A stretch of 62,896 nucleotides of DNA, the filler included, from Octopus bimaculoides (Eukaryota), in the NCBI RefSeq assembly GCF_001194135.2. It is 3 parts of 3 records of this genome, joined end to end, with 100 filler letters (N's around TTAATTAATTAA, not from the genome) between each part and the next. Parts side by side here need not be neighbours in the genome. Positions count along the whole stretch, not along the records: positions 1 to 31,203 come from NC_068981.1; 2 more parts are not named here. One strand, written 5' to 3'. Positions 13,135 to 24,980 of this stretch are shown piece by piece. Position 1 is the first letter of the stretch. Every line of letters begins with the position of its first letter. The notes beneath the pieces were generated by a model. The model had not been told where the DNA came from, searched no databases, and worked only from the letters and a program-made list of their open reading frames with translations. The position numbers and the translations under genes are program-made.

Positions 13135-13984
13135 GGAAAATAAACGTTTTTGCGAACAACGAGAGAAACAAATGGAAAACGAGACAAGCAACATAACGAA
13201 CGACCCTTCATCAGATGTCGGCTGTTTTTCTAATCCGTACTTCGAGCAATTCACGAGAAGATACGCCTTCGATAAAACAGTTGCTCCCGCAAAGCAAATT
13301 AAATATAATTTGGGGTTTTTGCGGAGGGTCAAAATTGGTAACAGAAACAGGACAGTGAAAACAAACAGGAAGGGCTGCTAAGCCTAAATGAGGTAAGATG
13401 GCAAACGCAGAGAAGCAAGCTTGGACAGGAGACAGACAAGTATGCGTCTGATTCGTCCAGCTGAACCAGAAGGAAAGAAACACAAGTTATGGAAAGAAAG
13501 AAAGATGGCCGATGGTCACGTGGGAGCCGCGAGAGAGCAAAGGAGGAAGAGTTAGGGAGAGAAAGTGACAGACAGAGAACGGCGAAGGGGAGAGGAAAAA
13601 TTTGGAAAAGGATAAGAGAGAAAAAAACGAGAGAGGGAAAAGGGGAGATACAAAGAATTAGAGAAAAGAAGAGAGAAAACGAAAGAGTACTAGAATAATA
13701 GAATAGAAGAGAAGAGAATATATCTGTGACATCTTGTGCCCACATATGCATATGTATACGTATATATATAAGTATGTACATATACGTATGTATATATGCA
13801 TATATAATTTATATCATTATATGATTGAACGCCATGCATCCATTTCCAAGTATATACACACACACACACATACACACACACACACACACTGTCTAAGAGA
13901 CCATAAGTCAGGAAAAATGCACTTGTATATCTGTCAGTAGAGTGGGGTTGTTAATCAAAGTGTACAATATTATATATCCATTGC

Positions 13985-14076
13985 GGTCGATCTTACCAAT
14001 CGGTTTCGCACTAGGATTTCAACGGAGTGTTAGGTAACAGTACTATTATGTAACACTGCGCTCTTCAGAGGTAGCT
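13985..14076 (-). ncRNA. Type I hammerhead-like motif (left arm copy)
   Basis: Minus strand reads CUGAAGA GCGC...GUGC GAA ACC GAUU GGU A. Core and the 3-bp helix III are intact with a GUA triplet; helix I is weak in this copy. Confidence 0.6.
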
Positions 14077-14087
14077 ATATTTCATTC

Positions 14088-14190
14088 CATAACGGCTACC
14101 TCTGAGGAGCGCAGGGTTACATTATCGGACTGTTACCTAACATTCCGTTGAACCCCTATTGCGAAAGCGATCGGTAAGATCGGCTGTAAT
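14088..14190 (+). ncRNA. Type I hammerhead-like motif (right arm copy, helix III damaged)
   Basis: CUGAGGA at 14102-14108, GAAA at 14163-14166, then GC GAUC GG U A. Position 15.2 is G (G:G mismatch). Helix I (ataacggctacct / agatcggctgtaat) pairs well. Confidence 0.5.
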
Positions 14191-15357
14191 GGATATGTAA
14201 TACTGTACACTTCGATAAATAAATAAATATATAGATATGTATATGTATTATTTTTAAACAAGAGTGTTGTTCACAGTGACTTCGAAGTTTTGGCCAGTTA
14301 AGCGTGCTTTGCGTTTTATTGTGCCGGAATGTATTAAGAATATGCATGTCATCGTTTCACTTGTTGTGCTAAGTGCAAATAACGATTTACTGTCTGTAGT
14401 AGACATCAGAAATGATCAGTAAACAGTTTGATCACTGAAATTATAAACAAAAGCCACCGGTTCTTATTCAAACTCAAAGGTCCGGGGTGATTCTGGTTGA
14501 CAAGACAGAACATGTCGAAACACCGATGTCCCAGAATCTCTTAAACCAATGAGTTGAGTGTTTTATGAACTTTTTGTCGTCGTAAAAGAAGTTGTTCTCC
14601 AGGGACGTACACAACAGTGATTAGCATGTTTGCGTTCGAGTATTGCCTGAACGTATTTAGAATACGCAAGTCCTCATTATTTATTTTATTTTATTTAGTA
14701 AATATTCTACTTGTATCTAAATTTCTTACACTCATACACATCTGCCCACAGTCATTCTTTCTCATATGCAGACATAGATACATATACGCATACATACATA
14801 TACATACATGCGCACAGCCATTCAGTCACAAACTCGACACGGATGATGAGTCATTGAATTTCAGCCGAATATTATCTCCAATAATATTGCCACAACTGTC
14901 AGCTTTGGGAATAACTTGTTGTCACATTCATTGAAGTAAATTTTTTATTGAAGATTGAAGTGTGATCTTCATCTCACACTTGAATTCAACACGCAGACGT
15001 TTGCTACACACGATATGGATGGACATTACACCAACAAACTAGATATGAATAAACACAACGAAAACAACGTCGAGAATTGTAAATAGAATTTTATTAGTGG
15101 TACTTTTAGAATAAACTGAAACTATAAACTTATGGAGTTGAACCTGATAACAACCTATAAAATGCTGTAAAATCATATTTATCTCTAGATATATGAATAG
15201 AATGAAAATATACTGGAGCGAACTTCATTCAAGTAACAGTTAATGATACGTAGGGACACGCTATTTCGTCATGCAACCGTAATATACCACGACGTATATC
15301 AAACGTTTTTATAAGTCAATACTGTGTTCAATCGTGTTAGTAGTCCACTTAAATCAC

Positions 15358-15618
15358 TTGTTACGGTTATTTCTACAGATTTTCTTTAGAACTTATAGCC
15401 AACACTGATTTTGTTATGATGTTTCGTATCCGAAACGTCTGATATAAACAACAAAGAGATCGAAGGTGAAAAATGGGTAATTAATGATTGTAATTTTTCA
15501 TCTTTGATCTCGTTATTGTTACTTACATCAGGCGTCTCGGATACGAAACATCGTAATAAAATCATTGCTGACTAATGTTCTATAGAAAATCTGTAGAGAT
15601 AGCCACAGCCATAACAAG
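15358..15618. repeat. Old imperfect inverted repeat (~110-bp arms)
   Basis: tctacagattttct...gaaaaat versus its reverse complement attttt...agaaaatctgtaga, roughly 80% identity by eye. Contains an internal hairpin gatgtttcg-tatc-cgaaacgtc. Confidence 0.9.
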
Positions 15619-15926
15619 CCAGGTAACAGTATTTCACAGCAACTCCACCAAGTAACATTGTAGAGGCAAGATAAAGGTTAATGACTGCAATTTTGCTCCT
15701 AAATTGATTATTGTGATTTCATTTCCAAATGTATGAATAGCGCGAAAATAACATAATGCAGGCATTATTCTAGTTCAGACAAACTTAGAACAAGGGTGAC
15801 ACTGCATATTACAAGAGACCAAAGAAGTTACTTTATGACCTCGTAATAAGGCTGATGACCATCCACCTCAAAGTGTCAGTGAATTATTGCAGTAATAACG
15901 ATAATAAGAGTGCTATGACACAAGAG

Positions 15927-16170
15927 TCATAAATATGAATAGTTTAATTCGTTGGATAACAGTCTGCCAGAGGTTGACCCATTTCTCTTCATTCCTAATC
16001 TTGTCAAAGAAATGATATTCATAATTCGTCGCAGCTTTCTCGTCATATATGCATGTAACTTGTCTACTTGAGCTTTATAGACTGCCCAAGTTTTAAAATG
16101 TATAACATATAATAAAAATGCTTTTAAACGGAACACAAGGCCACAAATTTAGCTGAAGGTACATTTGATT
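15927..16170 (-). mobile_element. RTE-type LINE C-terminal remnant
   Basis: KAFLLYVIHFKTWAVYKAQVDKLHAYMTRKLRRIMNI resembles the LLYGCETW...L.AF..RCLRRIL.I motif. Confidence 0.45.
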
Positions 16171-16455
16171 AGATCGAATCTAATATTAGGCTGGGTTTTA
16201 TGTTATCGAATTCGGTAGGATAAAAGGTAAAGACGGAATTAAAGACCAAAATATAAAGATTGATTTCTTAAGGCTTCGAATATAGTGTGAGTGTACACAT
16301 TTGATTACATCAAATGCAATGCTTATGTAATTGACCCCGGAAGTGTGAAAAACAAAGGCTGTCTCGACGGTACTTGAACGCAAAATAACGAAATAACTCA
16401 TAATAAACATTACGAAGTATTTTGTTCTATTTATCACAATAACGATTCCTGATTT

Positions 16456-16925
16456 AGGCACAAGGCCAAAAATTTTGAGAGGGGTTCAGCTAATTACTTG
16501 ACTGGTAGCTCATGTTATCTATCCTGAAAAGATGAAAAACAAAGGAAATCTCAGCAGTATTTGGAAATAAATGATACTAATCACTGATTTCAAATTTTGA
16601 CTCAAGGCCAGCAACTCTGAGGGAAGATTATATCGGTCCTAGTACTCGACTAATACTTATTTTATCGACTCCGAAAAGATGAAAGACAAAATCGACCTCG
16701 GCGGAAGTTGAACTCAGAACTTTAAGACGGACGAAATGCCACTATACATTTTGCCCGGTACGCTAATGATTCAGCCATCTCGCTGTCTTAGTGATGCTAA
16801 ATTTTGGCACAAGGCCAACAGGTTCAGGGCAGTAGGTAAGCCGATTACATCGACTCCAGTACTTGACTGGCACTTATTTTATCCACCCCGAAAGGATGAA
16901 AGGCAAAGTTGACCTCGGTGGAATG
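16456..16925 (-). mobile_element. Three tandem, partly truncated SINE family A copies
   Basis: Repeated blocks gactggtacttattttatcgac...gaaaggatgaaaggcaaagtcgacctcggcggaa. Confidence 0.8.
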
Positions 16926-17144
16926 ATGCTAAATATTACAAGACACTTTGTTTGCCATTCTTTTTTTTTTCTTGGAATAATAATCAAAGGTCATATATAT
17001 TCTAAAAGCCAGTCTTCTCTGCGTGGATGATTTCAAATTAAAAATACAAGACCCAGAACTAAAATGGTCAATTTACATGAATTTATCAATGGCATCAAAA
17101 TAAGCAGAAGAAAAATGTTTCAATGATACTCGAAGACGCAAATT

Positions 17145-17362
17145 TATTCTTTTCTACTTTAGGAACAAGACCCGAAGCTTTTGGGGATGGGGCCAGTCGA
17201 TTAGATTTACACCAGTACGCAACTGGTACTTAATTTATCGACCCCGAAAGGATGAAATGCAAAGTCGACCTCGGCGGAATTTGAACTCAGAACATAAAGA
17301 CAGACGAAATACAGATAAGCATTTCACCCGGCGTGCTAACGATTCTGCCAACTCGCCGCCTT
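17145..17362 (-). mobile_element. Full-length SINE family A with TSD
   Basis: A-box/B-box head; 13-bp TSD gaagacgcaaatt at 17132-17144 and 17363-17375. Confidence 0.92.
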
Positions 17363-17751
17363 GAAGACGCAAATTATTAAAGCTTTAAATAGTTTTATAC
17401 GGAAACTGAAACCAAAGGATTTTAACAAATCAACCCATATAAATGCAAATGAATAAATTAAACTGATAAAATACAGCGTAAGCAATTGAGAAAATTAGAA
17501 AAGTGTACTGCAGAAGAGTCAAACTAATATTAAAAATCGACCTGGCATATGTTCTGTCTTNNNNNNNNNNNNNNNNNNNNNNNNNNNNNNNNNNNNNNNN
17601 NNNNNNNNNNNNNNNNNNNNNNNNNNNNNNNNNNNNNNNNNNNNNNNNNNNNNNNNNNNNNNNNNNNNNNNNNNNNNNNNNNNNNNNNNNNNNNNNNNNN
17701 NNNNNNNNNNNNCGATAAATAAGTACCAGTTCAAAAGTGGAATCAATCTTA

Positions 17752-17981
17752 TTTCTTTATTGCCCACAAGAGGCTAAACATAGAGGGGACAAACAAGGAC
17801 GGACAAAGGGATTAAGTCGATTGCATCGACCCCAGTGCGTAACTGGTACTTAATTTATCGACCCCGGAAGGATGAAAGGCAAAGTCGACCTCGGCGTAAT
17901 TTGAACTCAGAACATAACGGCAGACGAAATACCGCTAAGCATTTCGCCGGTGTGCTTACGTTTCTGCCAGCTCGCCGTCTT
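17752..17981 (-). mobile_element. SINE family A
   Basis: Near-consensus head and body with a variant tail. Confidence 0.9.
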
Positions 17982-18152
17982 GGAACCAATCTGATAGACT
18001 AATCCCCTCCCCTGAAATTGCTGGCCTTCTGCTGTCTTTGATTATAAGTCTATTTGATCAAGGCAGACCTGACATGTAACAACAACGACAACCAGCTCAG
18101 TGTAAAAATGAAAAAAAAAAAAGATTATAGACAGGCACAGGCGTGGTCGTGT

Positions 18153-18500
18153 AATAAGAAGCTTGCTTCCCAACTACAAGGTTTTGGGTTCAGTTCCACT
18201 GCGTAGCACCTTGAGCAGGTGTCTTCTACAATAGCTGTAGACCAGTCAAAGCCCTGTGAATGGATTTGGTAGACGAAAAGTGAAATCCCGTTATGTGTGT
18301 GTGTGTCTGTCTATTTTTGTCCCCGCACACACGGTCTGGTAACCGGTGTTGGTGTGGTTACGTCTCCGTAACTTATCGGCAAAAGAAACCGATAGGATAA
18401 GTACTAAGTTTATAAAAATAAGTCCTGGGGTCGAGTTGTTCGACTAAAACCTTTCAAGGCGGTGCACCAGCATGGCCGCAATGAAAAGACTGAAGCAGTT
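18153..18500 (+). mobile_element. tRNA-derived SINE, family B (CORE-like ccttg(g/a)gcaagtgtc block)
   Basis: gggttcagttcc B-box, ccttgagcaggtgtcttcta, ggatttggtagacg, internal (TG)n, tail gcatggccgca...gaaac. Confidence 0.85.
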
Positions 18501-18624
18501 AAAAAGAAAAATTAAGAAGATATAAATCCCGAGTCATTGTAGTCATTAACAACAGCGTCGGTATCAAAAATTCGGTGTTATGCCAACAGGAAAACCCAGA
18601 TATGATTGCCAGAAGACTGCATTC

Positions 18625-18690
18625 CAAACCCACCATTCTAAATCTGATACAGACAAGATATACATGCCACGTACGCGGATACGAAGTAAA
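18625..18690 (+). mobile_element. Possible tiny R4/Dong-type remnant
   Basis: HHSKSDTDKIYMPR resembles HPKSDIERLY in the 43.5-kb element; very short. Confidence 0.3.
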
Positions 18691-18991
18691 GAGCCACTAC
18701 GTGTTAGTTAGATCTGCTTGATTTAGCACTCAAACCTCCTTAAAATCACATCCCTCTGTCTTAAGAAAAAAACGACATTTTGTATAATGTAGATCTAGAG
18801 ATATTGTAGATATAGTCTTTATCTCTAGTTATTTATCTGGAGATAAAGACAAGGAGACGAAATAACAAAAACAGGTACGACGTAGACTAATGAAAATAAA
18901 GAAATGGCACAAAGTAAAGACTGTGTCGAGAGAAATTATTAGAAGATAGTAAAAGGCTAATGCAGAGAAAAATAATGCAAGCATACGCACA

Positions 18992-19058
<67 letters not shown>

Positions 19059-19581
19059 GAATGTGTATATTTTTCTATGTTTAAGGAAATAATAAAATAC
19101 AAACTACATATTGAAAAACAAAAGAAAAGGTGAAAATAAAAGCAAAATGTGAAATCAAAGCGAAATTTCATAATATACTAAGGGGAAAAAATGGACAGAA
19201 ACATATCTGTGTAGTCAGTTTCCTGAAAGACTAGACACTGAAACGGTGAGTTAATATGGAAGCTAACAGTGACTGCAAATAAAATAATAAAACATTAATA
19301 CCAACGGCAGTGTGAGCAATAAAGAAGCATTTGACTGCAACATTTCTAGCTAACAGATGCTTGCAAAAGCAGCATATCTACAGACTGGGCAATAAATAAG
19401 CTTGTATTTCTACATTAAAACTGAAAATATAAGGTATCAATAAGCAATAACTTCAGTTAGTAATAATGACATGACTACGTTACTCTGGTACATGTCTCTG
19501 TAGACTAATAATAATTTCTAACTTTTCGTTATGTTATATTTCTGGTGTTGGTTGTTCATTTAACGTCCTGTTGAGAATATT

Positions 19582-19770
19582 GGTTTCAAATTACGAGGCC
19601 AGCAATCTCATGGGTGTGGGTGAGTCGATTACATCGCTCCAAGCGCTCGACTGGTACGTATTTTCATCGACTCCGAAATGATGAAAGGCAAACTCAACCA
19701 AGGCGGAATTTGAACTCAGTGCGTACGAAATGCCGCTAAGCATTTTGCCTGGCGTGTAGCTCGCTGCTTT
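19582..19770 (-). mobile_element. SINE family A
   Basis: Family consensus match on the minus strand, with an internal head deletion. Confidence 0.85.
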
Positions 19771-19798
19771 AGTTATGATGTTAATATTCTCAGTTGGA

Positions 19799-20010
19799 AG
19801 GCGGCGAGCTGGAAGAAACGTTAGCACACCGGGCGAAATGCTTAGCGGTATTTCGTCTGTCTTTACGTTCTGAGTTCAAATTCCGCCGAGGTCATTTTTG
19901 CCTTTCATCCTTTCGGGGTCGATAAATTATTACCAGTTGTGTACTGGAGTCGATCTAATTGACTGGCTCCCTCGCTAAAAATTTCGGGCCTTGTTCCTAG
20001 AGTAGAAAAG
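19799..20010 (+). mobile_element. Full-length SINE family A with TSD
   Basis: ggcggcgagctgg A-box and gagttcaaattcc B-box; direct repeat aatattctcagttgga at 19783-19798 and 20011-20026. Confidence 0.93.
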
Positions 20011-20027
20011 AATATTCTCAGTTGGAC

Positions 20028-20228
20028 AAAGCGGCGAGCTGGCAGAATCGTCAGCATACCGGGCAAAATGTTTAGCTGCATTTCGTCCGTCTTTACATTC
20101 TGAGTTCAAATTCTTCAGAGTTTTATCCTTTCGGGATTAATAAAATAGGTACCAGTTAAACACCGGGATCGATATAATCGACTCACACGTCCCCCGAACT
20201 TACTGGCCTTGTGTCAAATTTTGAAACT
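20028..20228 (+). mobile_element. SINE family A
   Basis: Family consensus match on the plus strand. Confidence 0.88.
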
Positions 20229-20899
20229 AATATTAACATTATAACTTATTAGGGGACAATCAGACTAGTGATGCGTATTGCCTTATTTTGGGTATTTAAC
20301 TGTTTTAAATATTAACCTAAAGCAGCTACTATATTCTTTTTTAATGTCTTTTACTTTATCTAGTTCCTAATGATAAGTATGTATATTTTGTCTAAGACCA
20401 ACTCTTAGGGAGAGGAAAAAGTTTTTTACATCGTCCACAGTATCAACCCCAAAAGAATGAAAGGTAAAGCTAGTCGCGGCGGAATTTGAACTCTGAACGC
20501 AATGTGCCGAAATAAATATACCTAAGGGGGTGGGGTTCATCCCATGTTCTAACCATTCTTCCAACTCATACAGAAGCAGCTGTGCTTACAAAGGAAATGG
20601 ATACTCCATCAGATGTATGCAATAAACAACGAAGTAAAAAGTTACAGATAAAAAGAAGTATTTCAATCCTAAATGAAATCAATATCAAAATTCAACAACT
20701 AAAATTTTTAAAGATAGGAGAGATAAGCTTTATATGACAAAAAAAGGTATCTGAATTCAAAAGAAGGCATAAAACAATATATCCTCTCTAATTATCAAAT
20801 ATTTCATTGATATGGAAAGCGATAACCACTTTAGATAAACAGATTTCAATTTCAAACCAAAATGATTTAGCCAAGAGCTAAGGAAAATTAAAGAAGAAA

Positions 20900-21300
20900 T
20901 TAATTCGGTGCCAACAGCAACAATTCGGCGGAGGATTATGAAGAAAGAAACACTCACTTTGACTAGTTTGTTGAAAACAACGAACATATTACCAGAATAA
21001 TTGTGACAGGCTATCACATCACGAGAGGTAATGCAGATGCTACAAAATGCAAAACACGGCTGGGAACCAATACTTCATAAGAGCCTAAATTTCTAGTTTA
21101 AATATTTAGCAAAGAAACATCAAACGGTAGCAGAGGTGGTTAATGAGGCACTGACAGACTCGGAAATAACGTGTCTGACTAACTGCGAGGAAAACCAAAT
21201 TGTAAGTTAGAGGCCTATAACTTGCTTACAACAGCTACATTCGACCACCTATAGGTGCATTCTAAGGATAAGCCCTTTCAACTGGAAGATACTCGCCATT
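20900..21300 (+). mobile_element. Decayed R4/Dong-type RT N-terminal fragment
   Basis: ITSREVMQMLQNAKHGWEP...NF*FKYLAKKHQTVAEVVNEAL...RPITCLQQL resembles the WKAPG..NFWYK..H..RPITCL region. Confidence 0.5.
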
Positions 21301-21712
21301 CTCACCGGCATTTCGGCAATGCAATAATAGTTTCTAACATACACGTATGGAAATAAATTTATGGAGAAGCGGGTTAGTCGTTAATATTAACCTATGTACT
21401 TAACTGCTATTTTATTTTATCGAGCTTGACAGGATGAAAGGTAAAGCTAGTCTCGACGGAATTTGAACTCAGCGAGAATTGAACTGAGAAGATAAAGAGC
21501 TGGAGCAAATACAGGTCCGATTCGCCAATCCGTCATTCATTTTCAGTAAATAAAGATTTCTTTTACTTTTTCTACATTTTAAAGTTGCGTACTTGTTCCT
21601 TAAAATCAGCCATCACTCCTATGGCCTTCATATTCTAACATTTATATATATATATACGGAGATGTACTTGCATAGCAAGTGACCTGATCTGAGATCGTGT
21701 GCTGGAACGAAA

Positions 21713-21843
21713 ACAATTGCAGCGTGGAAGGTGTTTATAAGCTATTTAAAATAACACACAAAAGCCGTCAGATTCATTTCAACATTTAAATTTAATTTTG
21801 TGTGTTATTTTAAATAGCTTATAAACACCTTCCACGCTGCAAT

Positions 21844-21846
<3 letters not shown>
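21713..21846. repeat. Perfect inverted repeat: 51-bp arms, 32-nt spacer
   Basis: 21713-21763 is the exact reverse complement of 21796-21846 and is followed by (TA)n. Confidence 0.95.
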
Positions 21847-21889
<43 letters not shown>

Positions 21890-22679
21890 CACTTCTACAT
21901 TTATATAGTTTGACTGAGACAAAGACTCTTTTTGTCTCGTGGTGGAATATTATGCAGGTCGATTGTCACGACCATAATATAAAACTGCTATTTACTTCAT
22001 GTCTGTTAATGTAAAGATGTCGACATGAACGATATCACCAACCCAAATGAGATTTAATTTATTTACTTACTTCTTTATTTGTTTTATCTGAAATCTAAAC
22101 CACAATAAATCATGCAGTCTTGCACATTACTATACACCATCTCGACGACCCTGATTTCTTTTAATATATTGTCTATTAAAAAGAGTTTCATATTCAGAAA
22201 CAATCGACTTGTTTTTTTAATCAGGACTCACAAGGAAGACATTCATTTAACCAAACATATATTACTAACTAATATATAGCTGCATAATATTCTTCAAAAA
22301 CACTAGCCATACAATATTTTACGTGTGTTGTTTTTTGTTATTATAGCCATATCTTCACGAATAACGTAGTCTTTGTAAAACGAAAATATAATAGCATAAT
22401 TCATCTTTTTGTATTTGTAGAAAAATTTACTCTAAACCATCTGACCATAACAGCCGATAAATTTGTATAAAAGAATCAGATAAGTATGTAAGTCTTTCAT
22501 CTTAATTACTTTGATCTCCCTAAATGTGTATGTGTGTGTGTGTGTTCGTATATGTTAGCAAATATATGTATATGTCTGTGTGTCTGTATATATGTCTGTG
22601 CGTGTGTGCATGTAGGTATAGGTATGTATATATTTATTATATGTATATACATGCATGTTTGTGTGTGTGTGTATGTATT

Positions 22680-22722
<43 letters not shown>

Positions 22723-23669
22723 GGACATATTTGTAGATACACACATGCAGTCATACCTACATGTGTATGTGTGTGTGTCTGTGTGTGGAACTCAAAAAAC
22801 CTTTTATATGGTATTTTTCTTTAACACTTTAAATGGCTTGAGCAACTTCTATCATCGATCAGGTAAAATTATAGGCTTTGCACATATAATAACAAACAAC
22901 GGAAGAGTAGCTGAACTTAAAATTGAGAAAGGAAACAAAATGAAAGCAGTTATGGCGTTAGAAAACATATCAAAGGCATCACCATCAGAATTAAAATAAA
23001 ATCAGAGTTTTTAACACTTTAATCAAAGGTGGAGGGACAAGCCCGTGCTATTTGCAGGTCCTTCTAGATTGATGGAGACATATCCGACTGATCTTGTGCC
23101 TAAACGTCTGTTTATCAATGTCAGTAGGAAAATGTGGGCAGAGGAAGAACGAGTGTTCTTGGAAGAAAATAAATTTTATTAAAGACGCCCAAGAACCAGG
23201 TTACGGCGTTAAACCGGAAAGACGTAACGAAAGTGGAATTAGCGTCACTAGCAAAATCAGGCAACTAGCAGTATCGAAATATTTCGTTGGTTGGTCAATT
23301 TGTAAAAATGTCACAGAAGCCGTGTAAATAAACGAAAATAATTCAAACTATGTTGTAAAATCCCGCCAACGTGAACTTTGTTTTCGTCCCTTTGGGGTCG
23401 ATAAAATAAATGTTAATCAAGTACTGGGGTCGATATAATCGATTTGTCCCCCCTCCCTTTAAAATTGCTTGCCTTGAACCCTGCAACGGACCAACGTCCT
23501 ATTCAGACAGAATGTTGTGATCTCGTTCACCTATGTGCTTTGGAAAGCGATTAACCAGCTTAATGAGTTCTCGAGCTCGAATACATTTATGAATATAATT
23601 CAGATAATTAGCAAAAACAGATACATCAAAGTTACAATGGTTAAACTTGTCATTGCTTCAACCAAAATA

Positions 23670-24190
23670 TTGATTTCAAATTTTGGGATAAGACCAGCAA
23701 TTTCGAGAGATGGTGAGGGGCAAATCGATAACTTATTTTATCGACCTCGAAAAGTAAAGTCGACCTCGGCGGAATTTGAACTCAGAGCGTAGAGTCAGGC
23801 GAAGCGCCACTAAGCATTTTGCCTGGCGTTGCTAAAGGTTCTGCCAGCTCGCCGCCTTCGCTATCAACCAAACTATTAAAAACGTGAAGATTTTAAACAT
23901 TTGATAAATAAATCAGAAAGACATCTTCCTATTATAATTCCATTCACATGTAAAATGTTTTAAGGGAATATAATATCTTTTCTGCTATAGGCAGAAGGCC
24001 AAACATTTCGCGGGTGGAGACTAGTTGATTACATCGATCCCAGTGCTTGGCTGGTATTTATTTTATCGACCCCGAAAGGATGAAAGGTAAAATCGATCCA
24101 GGTGGAATTTGAACTCAGAATTTAAAGACGGACGAAATGCCGCTAAGCATTACGCTTGGCGTGCTAACGATTCTGGCAGTTCGCCGCTTT
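23670..24190 (-). mobile_element. Two SINE family A copies (~23670-23858 and ~23985-24190)
   Basis: Both show gaatttgaactcag and ...ctggcag(c/t)tcgccgc heads. Confidence 0.85.
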
Positions 24191-24938
24191 TTTATGGGAA
24201 TATGATATCGATTGCAGCACCTGACAGGTACTTGATCTTTTCGACAACGAAAGAATGGAAGATAAAGTTGAACTTGGCAGGATTTGACTTTAAAACGTAT
24301 AGGATTGTATCTAAAACTTTCGAGCTCTTTTGGCAAACACTAACATTTCACTTAATCCAGTATTTCCCATATTCACCGTTCGTAAGTTAAACAATTTCGC
24401 TGACATCTTAATATTTTTGCTACCTAAAGTACGTTCTGAATCATTTGCGGGTGTGATAGAAAGAAAGAAGACGATCGAGAGATAAAGACAGAGAGAGAGA
24501 TATATATGTGGAGATAGAGAGATAAATAGAAAGGGAGAAAAATCAAAGATAGGGACCTACAAAGCAGAAAGATCCATTACTTTTTCTGCTTCTCTTCCCT
24601 CTCTTCTTATTTAACTATCAACCAAGTGATAGTTGTCCAATAAGGAGCCATTATGGCTAACTAATAATAAACTTTACTCTGGTCAACTTTAGATAATCAA
24701 CTGAGAAATACTTGTCGCCAAACCTACTAATGTTATTTTCCTTTGCTATCATCTTCATGTCATCAACAACGTCAGTACCACCACCATCACCACTACCATT
24801 ACCATCATCATCATTATCATCATCATCTTAGTTGTCGTCAGGACATGTTGTCTCTAATGTTGTCATTATCATTAATATTCCCCCTCTCTCTTTCTCTCAC
24901 CCCATTTTCGCATATTCTCTTATCTAAGATTTTGTGAA

Positions 24939-24980
<42 letters not shown>

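Larger units (their letters stand above)
13954..14216. repeat. Old imperfect inverted repeat (~120-bp arms, 19-nt spacer)
   Basis: Manual alignment of 13960-14075 against the reverse complement of 14095-14210 gives about 16 mismatches in 116 nt. Confidence 0.93.

Noticed and set aside
22830-23330. Possible further R4/Dong remnant (FIKDAQE)
   Set aside because: Similarity too short to support.
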